A stretch of 32,000 nt of DNA from Promethearchaeota archaeon. Its GTDB lineage: Archaea > Asgardarchaeota > Lokiarchaeia > Sigyniarchaeales > Promethearchaeaceae. Numbering within the stretch: position 1 is the first letter of the stretch; each line of letters begins with the position of its first letter. The DNA is taken from positions 30,001 to 62,000 of the forward strand of contig JAFGBS010000031.1 of NCBI GenBank assembly GCA_016933055.1. The letters are read 5' to 3'. The notes below the pieces were generated by a model. The model saw only the letters and a program-made list of their open reading frames with translations, did not search any database and was not told the origin of the DNA. Positions 8,811 to 17,245 of the stretch are shown here, piece after piece. A program made the position numbers and the translations under genes.

Positions 8811-9520
8811 TCGTTTTTCTCATCCTTATATTCTTCCAATCTATTAGTATTTTTAATAAAAACAACCTTCTTTCTCTGAATCAAATACAAACAAAATACA
8901 AATCTTTTGTAGCGAATCTCAGTATTAGTGGTCGTATCTATTATATCAGATAGTTTTTGGGGGAGAGTGGGTAATAACTTTAGCTCAAATGAATTCAATT
9001 CTCTTTCAAAATGAACATCATCAATCAAAAAATCTATTTCTCCCATATTGAATTCCTCTTTAGCAATCTCAGAGAAATCCGGGAACTCTACCGATTCCCA
9101 AATCTTTTTCTTATTAGTTAACTTCACAAAAGAATCGTAAAGAGTATTTAAATTGATATCTTCTATAATGAATGGAGGTTTATACAAAGCTTGGAAGCAT
9201 TCATGCAAAGAATTCTGGGATTCAACTTTAATGATAGACTCAAAATCCTCCTCTCCCCCTATAGCGGAAATATATGCTTGAATATCTTGGATTTTTTTAC
9301 CGAACAAGTCCGAAGAACTCTTAAATTCAGTAACAATTGTCTTTAAATTCTTATTATTAACAATCTCTTGGATAGAATGGAAAATAGGAACAAAATCTAT
9401 GTCTTGGGTAGAAATTTTTCCTAATTGGATATCTTTTTTCAAGTTCTTCAGGTAAATCTCTACATCTCGTAAAGTTCGTAATTGAATTTGTTGTACAGAA
9501 GATGGATTTATCTCATTCAT
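8807..9520 (-). CDS. ScpA-like kleisin subunit
   Basis: N-terminal GKISTQDIDFVPIF resembles ScpA GKIDPWDIDI; C-terminal cap-WH RYKRFVFCLYLIQRKKVVF resembles ScpA V.TFLALLEL.K.G.I; 4-bp overlap with smc. Confidence 0.75.
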   Translation of the reverse strand: MNEINPSSVQQIQLRTLRDVEIYLKNLKKDIQLGKISTQDIDFVPIFHSIQEIVNNKNLKTIVTEFKSSSDLFGKKIQDIQAYISAIGGEEDFESIIKVESQNSLHECFQALYKPPFIIEDINLNTLYDSFVKLTNKKKIWESVEFPDFSEIAKEEFNMGEIDFLIDDVHFERELNSFELKLLPTLPQKLSDIIDTTTNTEIRYKRFVFCLYLIQRKKVVFIKNTNRLEEYKDEKNE

Positions 9521-12500
9521 AAGGGAATAACCGTGCTTACTTCTTCAGATCCATTTTTTGCTATTCCTAATACACAATCTGCAAGATCCACTAGGGTACT
9601 AGATGCATTAGGGGTAATCATAATAAATTGAACCCCATTATCTGTAACATCCTTGATCAATTTTGATACATTCTCGGTATTACTCTTGTCCAAAAACATC
9701 TGTGCTTCATCAAATATACATAGGGGTGAAGGATTCAAGTTCTGGAGAGTTAACATTAAAGTTATTGCAAACAAAGTCTGTTCTCCTCCACTTAAAGTGG
9801 ATAAACTGCGCGATGCCTCATTAAAATGAACGTGGATATCCACTCCAAGCGCTTCAAATTTATCAGTTAAATTAAGCGAACCCTTACGATTAATTCCTAT
9901 TTTTTGGAAACGAGAGTTAATGTTATTTTCAATAGTCCGTAAATGCCCCCTAAATAAGGAAAAATACTGTTCTTGAAGTTTTTCTACGGAAATGTGCGCT
10001 TCTTTAATTTCTATTTCTAATTGTTTCTTTTTTTGGGCACTTCGTTTCAGTTGTTGTTCTAGTTCCTTTTTTCTTTCCAAAATTTGGTCTGTCACATCAT
10101 AATAATCTCGTAACTTCTCGTAAATGACTTTGAGATCATTCTCTACTTCTTCAACTGATCGTTCCTGATAATCTTTTCCAAGTTCTGCCACTTCTATACT
10201 TATATTGTCCACCATTTTCTGCTTTTCATATATTTGAGCTTCAGAATATTCGATTTTTATCTTTATCCTATCAATTGTTTGTATGATGGAATTCAAATTG
10301 TCATGTTCCGTTTGGATGACCTCTTGAATTTTTATATTTTTATCGTTTAATGTTAATTGTTCTCGAGTAATAGATTCAATAGAATTTCGTAATCTCTCCA
10401 ACTCATTGATTGCTTGAAGCATTCTAGTATTACCGCTTTTTAACTTATCTTCATATTTTTCTAGCTCCATTTCATGGGCTTTCAGTTCGGTCGAATAGTT
10501 TTCAATTTTTAATGTATATAGATTCTCTTCCTGTGTCTTGTTTGTAAGATTATTATTCATCTCTTGTATTTTATTATCCAGTCCTTCAAATTTGACTTGG
10601 AATTCTTCAATGAATGCATCCATTTCATCCAAGTTAGCTGGTAATTTCTCTTGAACTTGAATTATTTCATTTTGAATGGAATTAAGTTTCTCTAAGAAAG
10701 AATCCGAATTTGCAATCAAGTTACTTTTAGTTTCCAATAAACTATCTTTTTTATTTATAGTGATGGTCAATTTTTTGTAGTTATACGTAATGATATTGAT
10801 TTTCTGGAGACGTTCCTCATATAATTTAGAAGCTCGCTCTAATTTTGTAAACTGTTGCCGATATTCATCAATTTTTCCCCGATTTTCCATAAGTTGGTCA
10901 TGTAATTTTTTTACTGCGCGTTTTTGTTCAATCGGATTGGAATAACTTTTACCGGAATCTGACGCACGAGATTCCAAAACATATTCATATGAACGGATAA
11001 CGGTGCCATCTAATGCGACTACTCGTCCTTTATGATTATGTTGGTTAATAAAGTCATAACCAACACTCCTATCGTTGACCAATACGGTATTTCGACAAAT
11101 TGACACAAGTACTTTTTTTACATCGTCATGATGAGATAAAGGTGTTATAAAATTCGACAAATAACCGAATACTCCATCTTCTTTAACTATCTCTTTATAG
11201 CTTCGAATTTCCCTATCAAAAGGCTGATATATATTACATCTAGCACCCGTACGCTTTATTAAATCATGAACCAACATGAAGTCTTGCTTATTTTTTGCAA
11301 TGAAGGAATTTAAAACATATTTGCTCAGGATACTATCTACGGCAAGAGAAATTTCGGGATTAAACTCGATAAAATCAATTATAGGACCAATTACATCAAG
11401 ATTGCGGGTCTGAATTTCTTGTATTAAATTTATTAAATTTTGACTTTTCGGCATTTCTTTCATCAAAACAGAACTTTTAAGATGTTCTAACTGTTTTTCT
11501 AAATCCCGATTCTCATTTTCTTTTTGAGAGATGTTCTGGGAGAGTTTTTCTAAAGCAAAAAAAATTTTTTGTTTTTTTTTATTAAGGGATTCTAGTGTAT
11601 TTTTCTCAGGTTCTTGTAAAAACCATTTATCTTTTTCCAATTCCTGTTTAAGGTAACGGATTTCGCTCATTGAATTTTTAATATCGCGTTCAATCGCTTC
11701 AAGTTGTAAGTCGTTCTCTTTCGTTTTATATTCAATCTCTGACTTCTTCTTCTTTAGGTTTTCATAATATTCCATTATATCATGGAATTTCTTTTTTGTT
11801 CGTTGATGAGACTCAAATTCGTCCATTAATGCCTTCCTTTGCTCTTGTAGAACAGAAAACTCAAACTTGTATTTTTTTATTTCAGATAGACAAATTTTCT
11901 GCTCCTCAGTAAATCTTTGCTTTTCAGCAGTCAAAAGCTTGATTTTACTTTTTGCCCTCAAAATTTTATCAGCCAAATTGTCCTTATCGGATTGCCATCG
12001 GCTTATCTCGGCATCCAAATTTCTCTCTTTTACTTTTTCGTCTAACAATGTCTGGGAGAGTTCGGTTATTATCGTAGTATTTTCCTTTATCATAGCTTCC
12101 AAGTTTTGAATTGTACCTTCAATCTTTTCTTTATCATCCTCTAAACTATCAATATTTTGCTCGTAGTTCCCGATCTCAGTTCGGATATTTTTGATTTCCT
12201 CTAGGATCATAACCCGATTTAACCAAGTCCTCTCTTTTTCAAACTGCTCTCGTTGAATTTCTAACTCTTTTTTTTCTTTGAGCCTAACTACTTGGGGTGC
12301 AAGCAATCCAATTTCATATTTTGCTGATTTATCCATCAAATTCAAGCTTTTAATTTGATTATCTAGATCATTGATGGTAGTTTTATTCTCAATGATTTCC
12401 TCACGTAATGGATGCAATCCCAGTCCCCGCTCCAGATAATCACAAATCTGCATTTTTTCCATATTTTTGATGTTTGTGATATTTCCCTGAGATACAAAAG

Positions 12501-12903
12501 CAAATACATTATCGGGATTGACTCCAAAATCTGCAAGAAGATTTTGTACAGTAGAGGCTGTACATTTTTTAAGTTTAGAATCTGCACCAATTTGAATCTG
12601 ATAGAATGGAGATTGCCCTTTAAAAATAGTTCTGCGAATTTTTATTAGAGTTTTTTTATTCCGTAAATGGATTTCCGCATAACCCGCTTCTTGCCCTATC
12701 CGAATAAACTCAGACCACGTTTTTGCCCGGCCATCCTTTTCGTTGGATCCTAAAGAAAACTTGATCCCTTGAAAGATTGTAGATTTCCCTGCTCCATTTG
12801 GACCAGTTATAACCGTGAATCCTTTATGGAAGGGGACTTCATCTACTGCAAAAGAATTAAAATTATGGAGGATAATCCGTTCAAGTATTGGTTTTGTAGC
12901 CAC
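9517..12903 (-). CDS. smc: SMC-family ATPase with Smc5/6-like features
   Basis: Walker A GPNGAGKS, Q-loop FVSQG, long coiled coils, central hinge (IGPIIDFIE...LAVDSIL...SFIAKN...GRVVALDG), signature LSGGEQ, Walker B CIFDEA, D-loop FLD, terminal QFIMITP. GTG start. Confidence 0.95.
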   Translation of the reverse strand: MATKPILERIILHNFNSFAVDEVPFHKGFTVITGPNGAGKSTIFQGIKFSLGSNEKDGRAKTWSEFIRIGQEAGYAEIHLRNKKTLIKIRRTIFKGQSPFYQIQIGADSKLKKCTASTVQNLLADFGVNPDNVFAFVSQGNITNIKNMEKMQICDYLERGLGLHPLREEIIENKTTINDLDNQIKSLNLMDKSAKYEIGLLAPQVVRLKEKKELEIQREQFEKERTWLNRVMILEEIKNIRTEIGNYEQNIDSLEDDKEKIEGTIQNLEAMIKENTTIITELSQTLLDEKVKERNLDAEISRWQSDKDNLADKILRAKSKIKLLTAEKQRFTEEQKICLSEIKKYKFEFSVLQEQRKALMDEFESHQRTKKKFHDIMEYYENLKKKKSEIEYKTKENDLQLEAIERDIKNSMSEIRYLKQELEKDKWFLQEPEKNTLESLNKKKQKIFFALEKLSQNISQKENENRDLEKQLEHLKSSVLMKEMPKSQNLINLIQEIQTRNLDVIGPIIDFIEFNPEISLAVDSILSKYVLNSFIAKNKQDFMLVHDLIKRTGARCNIYQPFDREIRSYKEIVKEDGVFGYLSNFITPLSHHDDVKKVLVSICRNTVLVNDRSVGYDFINQHNHKGRVVALDGTVIRSYEYVLESRASDSGKSYSNPIEQKRAVKKLHDQLMENRGKIDEYRQQFTKLERASKLYEERLQKINIITYNYKKLTITINKKDSLLETKSNLIANSDSFLEKLNSIQNEIIQVQEKLPANLDEMDAFIEEFQVKFEGLDNKIQEMNNNLTNKTQEENLYTLKIENYSTELKAHEMELEKYEDKLKSGNTRMLQAINELERLRNSIESITREQLTLNDKNIKIQEVIQTEHDNLNSIIQTIDRIKIKIEYSEAQIYEKQKMVDNISIEVAELGKDYQERSVEEVENDLKVIYEKLRDYYDVTDQILERKKELEQQLKRSAQKKKQLEIEIKEAHISVEKLQEQYFSLFRGHLRTIENNINSRFQKIGINRKGSLNLTDKFEALGVDIHVHFNEASRSLSTLSGGEQTLFAITLMLTLQNLNPSPLCIFDEAQMFLDKSNTENVSKLIKDVTDNGVQFIMITPNASSTLVDLADCVLGIAKNGSEEVSTVIPL

Positions 12904-12908
12904 AATAT

Positions 12909-14129
12909 CTACCTTTCTGCAATTTTTTGGATACGATCAATGGTTTTTTTTGCATTAGTCAATTTTAATAATGCACGGTTTGGTGCATCTTTAAGAATAA
13001 AAGCGTAATCAGCGAGAATAGTGCGATCTAAATCATCTAATTTTCTCGCTTGATCTATCTTCTCAAGGATAAGGGTTAATTCCTCGAATTTCGTTGCGGC
13101 TGCATATTGATATAGTTGTGAAGAAGTAAAACTATCTAATTCAGCTAATCCTAAACCTTTAAAGGATGTTACAGAATTAGATTGAAATGATCCATCATTT
13201 AGTGGGTGGGTCTCTCGATCATTTTTTCCTACTTGAGGAATTTTAGAATTTGTAAAATCTTTATACGAATTATAACTACTAAGTGGTCGAATTTGATTAT
13301 TTTTGATAAGTTCTGCGAAAATTTCCCCCGTCAATGGAATTTTAGTTAGCAAGGTTCTGTTACTATCGGACGATGGCTCTGTTTCTTGTTCTACTTGCTC
13401 TTCATCCTTTTCTCTCTCTAATTGAGCTTTAAATTCTGTATAGTTAAGAATTTTCCATTGGATGAAGGCAATATCCACTAATCGTTTTAAATCGTTCACA
13501 TTCCATGAATCTTCTGTTAATTCAGATAAATAAGTGATATCAACCGTGTGAATGGCTAAATTTTCTAGTAACCTTTCAAAAATCTCAATACGTTGAATTT
13601 TTGTTGGATAGGGTATAGTAAATACAATATCTAAGTATTCAATGATCTCTTGAGGAATATCATTATGTATAATTCTTAGAAGAAAGAAATAATCAGGGTT
13701 CTGCTTTAGCATTTCTCTAATTCGCTTTACTAAGTGGATCACCTTTAGTTTTTCTTCAACGGAGTCAAAATCTGGATTATTCAGATAAATAATTTGTTTT
13801 TGAGGAACCGATCCGACTGACACAGATGCTTTTTGCTCACTTTCTTCAGAATCGAGTTGATTGATGCTTTTACTTAAGTATTCAAGCTGCTTTTCATACT
13901 CAGAATTGTCCCAATTTAATTCCAAAACACTGAACATATTGAAAATTTCATCTTTGATGAATTCACAAAATTCTGAACCCAAACTATCCTTTACAAGAAT
14001 AATCTGAGGGATGATGTCAGATTTATCGTATTTTTCATCTGAAAACATCTCGAACATAGAAATTATATGCGTATACACGTCCAAATTGCATAATAGTTTA
14101 GTACCACTTTCGTTCATAATTATGGTCAT
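12909..14129 (-). CDS. Degenerate (probably inactive) AAA+ ATPase-fold protein, first gene of SMC operon
   Basis: Recognisable AAA lid LDIVFTIPYPTKIQRIEIFERLL...VDITYLSELTEDSWNVNDLKRLVDIA; Walker A position reads IILVKDSLGSEF and Walker B position IIYLNNPD; 5-bp gap to smc. Confidence 0.75.
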   Translation of the reverse strand: MTIIMNESGTKLLCNLDVYTHIISMFEMFSDEKYDKSDIIPQIILVKDSLGSEFCEFIKDEIFNMFSVLELNWDNSEYEKQLEYLSKSINQLDSEESEQKASVSVGSVPQKQIIYLNNPDFDSVEEKLKVIHLVKRIREMLKQNPDYFFLLRIIHNDIPQEIIEYLDIVFTIPYPTKIQRIEIFERLLENLAIHTVDITYLSELTEDSWNVNDLKRLVDIAFIQWKILNYTEFKAQLEREKDEEQVEQETEPSSDSNRTLLTKIPLTGEIFAELIKNNQIRPLSSYNSYKDFTNSKIPQVGKNDRETHPLNDGSFQSNSVTSFKGLGLAELDSFTSSQLYQYAAATKFEELTLILEKIDQARKLDDLDRTILADYAFILKDAPNRALLKLTNAKKTIDRIQKIAER

Positions 14130-14688
14130 ATAATTCGGTTTTAGTATTGTTTTTCATAGAGAGAAAAGTTTGTTATTATCTTTATCTGCCCTTATATTCT
14201 TATACCAAGTCAACTTAAAAAGATTTTTGCTCTCTCTCAATAAATTTGAATATAATAAGCGTTTGTGCTTCATAAACACTCCCTTTTTCGACTACTTTTA
14301 AAGTATAACCCAATGTCAATGTTTGGGGGATTTTCAAACAAATTGTCAAAAGCCATTGAATTAGATCAATTTTCTTCATTCCATGGTACGAATTTTCCAC
14401 TTGTGGGTTTTTTTCCCCTTAGTTTCTCTATGTTTGAGTTTGGGATAAATTATTGCTGACATCAAAGGGAAGCTATTTTCTGCTGAATTTGTATAGATTT
14501 ATCATGAAATTCTTCATAATCCGGATATTCATAAACAACCAAAATATAAGTTTATATCAAATTTCATGGAGATTTTCGAAAGATTTCACCCAATTGATAT
14601 AAAATTAGTTGTTTGAAAATTTTTGGTAATAATGGATTGTAATCTGCTCCCAATAATTTTGAGTTTGGATTTATCTGCACTTAGTTAG

Positions 14689-14739
14689 AAATCATGATTT
14701 TATATGATTTTATTAAAGATATATCGGAAATCTTTAATA
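14689..14739. promoter_or_regulatory. Palindromes upstream of the thiolase gene
   Basis: Perfect AAATCATGATTT at 14689-14700 and TATTAAAGAT-N9-ATCTTTAATA at 14711-14739, ending 46 nt before ATG 14786. Confidence 0.4.
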
Positions 14740-14785
14740 TTTGTCATAATAACGAAACACATAACTTCTAAGCATGTGAGGAATA

Positions 14786-16048
14786 ATGGGAAAATTAGCA
14801 AGACGAGTAGCTATAGTCGGGGCTGGTATGTCGAAATTCGGTGCCCACTATCCAATCAAACAAAACCGTGATCTGTGGCAGGACGCTCTCATTAACACGA
14901 TTGAGTCTGTAGATCATGGAGTAAATTTACAAAAGGATGTTGAAGAACTTTATTTAGGTAACTTTTCTGCAGACTTGTTTAATCATGAAGCACATCTCGC
15001 ACCATTAATGGCGCAATTAGCGGGAATAAATCCCAAACCTGCAGCTCGGATTGAAGCTGCATGTTGTTCAAGTGGCATAGCTATGAGATATGGTGTTTTA
15101 GCGGTTGCATCTGGAATACATGACTTCGTTTTGGCAGGTGGGATTGAGACCATGACAGAAGTACCCACCGTTGATGTTACAGACTCATTGGCTGCAGCAG
15201 CGGATACAAGATTAGAATATCCGGCTGGTGCCACTTTTCCTGGTTTGTATGCGGCAGTAGCGACTGCGCATATGCATAAATACGGGACAACTGAGGAAAA
15301 TTTCTTTGACGTTGCGATAAAAAATTATGATAATGGTGCAGAAAATCCTTATGCTCAAGTACAAATGACCATTGAACAAGTGATAGAGGGTAAAATCACC
15401 AAAGCGAAAAAACGTGGTTTAGAACCTCCATCATGGAATAATCCCTATGATTTTTTGCGATCGGAATCAAATCCCTATATAGCTTATCCATTACGTTTAT
15501 TTGATTGCTCATTGGTTACTGATGGAGCAGCATGTGTATTGTTAGCCTCGGAAGACATTGCCAGAAAATACACAGATACACCCATTTGGATCACCGGAAC
15601 TGGTCAAGGTAGTGATACTCTAGCTTTACATGATCGTGATTCTTTGACCTCATTTCTATCAGCGAGAACTGCAGCACAGACTGCGTTTAAAATGAGTGGA
15701 TTAGAACCAAAGGACATTCAAATTGCTGAAGTTCATGATTGCTTTACAATAGCGGAGTTGGTCGCATTGGAGGATCTTGGTTTTTATAAACCTGGAGAAG
15801 CTGCAGCTGCAGTATCTGCGGGTGAAACAAAACGAGATGGAATCCTTCCAATCAATACAAGTGGAGGATTAAAAACAAAAGGACATCCCGTGGGAGCTAC
15901 GGGTACCGCTCAAGCAGTTGAGATTTTCAAACAAATGCGAGGTATCGCAGAACGTAATAGACAAGTGAAAAAGGATATAGAAAGAGCTTTGTCTCATAAT
16001 GTAGGAGGTAGTGGGGCATCTTCGGTTGTCCACATATACGAGAAATAG
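14786..16048 (+). CDS. Archaeal/SCP2-type thiolase (acetyl-CoA acetyltransferase)
   Basis: RRVAIVGAGMSKFG, catalytic Cys in IEAACCSSG, EVHDCF, NTSGGLK, GHPVGATG, HNVGG. Confidence 0.95.
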   Translation: MGKLARRVAIVGAGMSKFGAHYPIKQNRDLWQDALINTIESVDHGVNLQKDVEELYLGNFSADLFNHEAHLAPLMAQLAGINPKPAARIEAACCSSGIAMRYGVLAVASGIHDFVLAGGIETMTEVPTVDVTDSLAAAADTRLEYPAGATFPGLYAAVATAHMHKYGTTEENFFDVAIKNYDNGAENPYAQVQMTIEQVIEGKITKAKKRGLEPPSWNNPYDFLRSESNPYIAYPLRLFDCSLVTDGAACVLLASEDIARKYTDTPIWITGTGQGSDTLALHDRDSLTSFLSARTAAQTAFKMSGLEPKDIQIAEVHDCFTIAELVALEDLGFYKPGEAAAAVSAGETKRDGILPINTSGGLKTKGHPVGATGTAQAVEIFKQMRGIAERNRQVKKDIERALSHNVGGSGASSVVHIYEK

Positions 16049-16057
16049 GAGGAAAAT

Positions 16058-16486
16058 ATGATGAATAATGAAGAATTTACCATAAAGAATTATTTCGATT
16101 TTTTCGCTGAAAATAAACTGATGGGGAATAAATGCAATAATTGCGGTATTATGCACATTCCTCCCAAAAAAATCTGTAATAAATGTTACGGGACCAAACT
16201 TGAATGGATTGAATTTAGCGGAAAAGGGACTTTACAAACCTATAGTCTGATTGGAGTAGGTGCACGTTACTTCGTAAACCAAGGGTATAAAATTGAGAAT
16301 CCCTACTGTTTTGGTATCGTTCAATTGGAGGAAGGTCCTTGTATCTCAGGACATATTGTAGGACCAGAAGGTTTTGAACAAAATCCTAAAAAATTCAAAA
16401 TTGGAATGCCCTTAAAAGCGAAGTTTTTACATGTAGAGACCGAAGGGATAGAACCTAAAATCGATTTAGGATTTGAACCCATATAA
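16058..16486 (+). CDS. DUF35 Zn-ribbon/OB-fold thiolase partner protein
   Basis: CNNC and CNKC zinc ribbon, SGKGTLQTYS, PYCFGIVQLEEG, KIGMPL; directly after the thiolase with GGAGG SD. Confidence 0.92.
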   Translation: MMNNEEFTIKNYFDFFAENKLMGNKCNNCGIMHIPPKKICNKCYGTKLEWIEFSGKGTLQTYSLIGVGARYFVNQGYKIENPYCFGIVQLEEGPCISGHIVGPEGFEQNPKKFKIGMPLKAKFLHVETEGIEPKIDLGFEPI

Positions 16487-16500
16487 TTTTCTTTTTTTCC
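16487..16500 (+). terminator. Oligo-T tract after DUF35 (archaeal-type terminator candidate)
   Basis: TTTTCTTTTTTTCC immediately after the stop codon. Confidence 0.3.
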
Positions 16501-16570
16501 TTATCATATCTGAAAGTTTTTTTTCAAGGATTAATTTACATATTTACACAATATTATGTTTTGAAGAACT

Positions 16571-17245
16571 ATGGCTGCAGCTGGATTAACCGATTATCTA
16601 ATTCTATTAGGAATTGTCGTTGGAATGACAGTAATTTCACAATTGTTTCGATACTTTTTTGGGATGCGTCCAGAAGAAAGCATGGATATGCAACAAAAAC
16701 TGAAAGACATGCAAAATGAGATGGTGCAAGCGAGAGAAGATCCCGTACAATTACAACGATTACAACAGGAAGCTATGCAAACATATAGAACTATGATGCG
16801 GAAGCAACTCATCCCAAATTGTATATACATGATCCTATTTTTTGGATTATGGTATATAGTCGGTTTAATTTTCTCTGATACCCAATTCTTCGGAATGGAA
16901 GGAGATCGCACTTTTTTCTTTCCCTATTTGATATTCTCCTTTAGTTTAAGTGGGATAATATGGTTGATACGATATTTAATCAGACAAAACAAAAAGAAGA
17001 AAGGGTTATTACCCGACGAAAATTATGATGCATCGTTAGATCGTGGAATTAAATCTGGCGTTACTTTTTCTACGGGGTGGGCAAGGGGCTTATCTCCAGA
17101 ATTGCAGCAAATGAGAACTGATTTGCAAGAAAAACGGGATAAAGGGGAACTACCTCACGATATAGATATCGATGCTGAGATACAAAAGATTGCAGAAGAA
17201 GAAGAAGAAGATATCAGAAACTGGAAAAAACGATTAGAATCCTAA
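16571..17245 (+). CDS. DUF106/EMC3/TMCO1-like (Oxa1 superfamily) membrane protein with charged C-terminal tail
   Basis: TM1 (LILLGIVVGMTVISQLF), Gln/Met-rich coiled-coil hairpin (MQQKLKDMQNEM...LQRLQQEAMQ), TM2 (LIPNCIYMILFFGLW), TM3 (YLIFSFSLSGIIW). Confidence 0.7.
   Translation: MAAAGLTDYLILLGIVVGMTVISQLFRYFFGMRPEESMDMQQKLKDMQNEMVQAREDPVQLQRLQQEAMQTYRTMMRKQLIPNCIYMILFFGLWYIVGLIFSDTQFFGMEGDRTFFFPYLIFSFSLSGIIWLIRYLIRQNKKKKGLLPDENYDASLDRGIKSGVTFSTGWARGLSPELQQMRTDLQEKRDKGELPHDIDIDAEIQKIAEEEEEDIRNWKKRLES

Noticed and set aside
9517-12903. Rad50/SbcC
   Set aside because: No central CxxC zinc hook and no adjacent Mre11/SbcD; a hinge-like globular segment is present instead.
8274-14129. Wadjet (JetABCD/MksBEFG) anti-plasmid system
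   Set aside because: No Toprim/JetD nuclease gene nearby; the kleisin is short and ScpA-like; gene order is SMC-kleisin-KITE rather than kleisin-KITE-SMC. A nuclease encoded elsewhere cannot be excluded.
14215-14400. 61-aa minus-strand ORF upstream of the AAA-like gene
   Set aside because: No motif or clear SD; overlaps an equally weak + ORF; cannot be supported.
14265-14520. Possible selenoprotein: the + ORF continues past TGA as ...YC*HQREAIFC*ICIDLS*NSS with two TGC-TGA pairs
   Set aside because: The upstream sequence resembles no selenoprotein I know, three UGA readthroughs would be needed, and no SECIS was identified. Likely chance; a homology search with U read as C would settle it.
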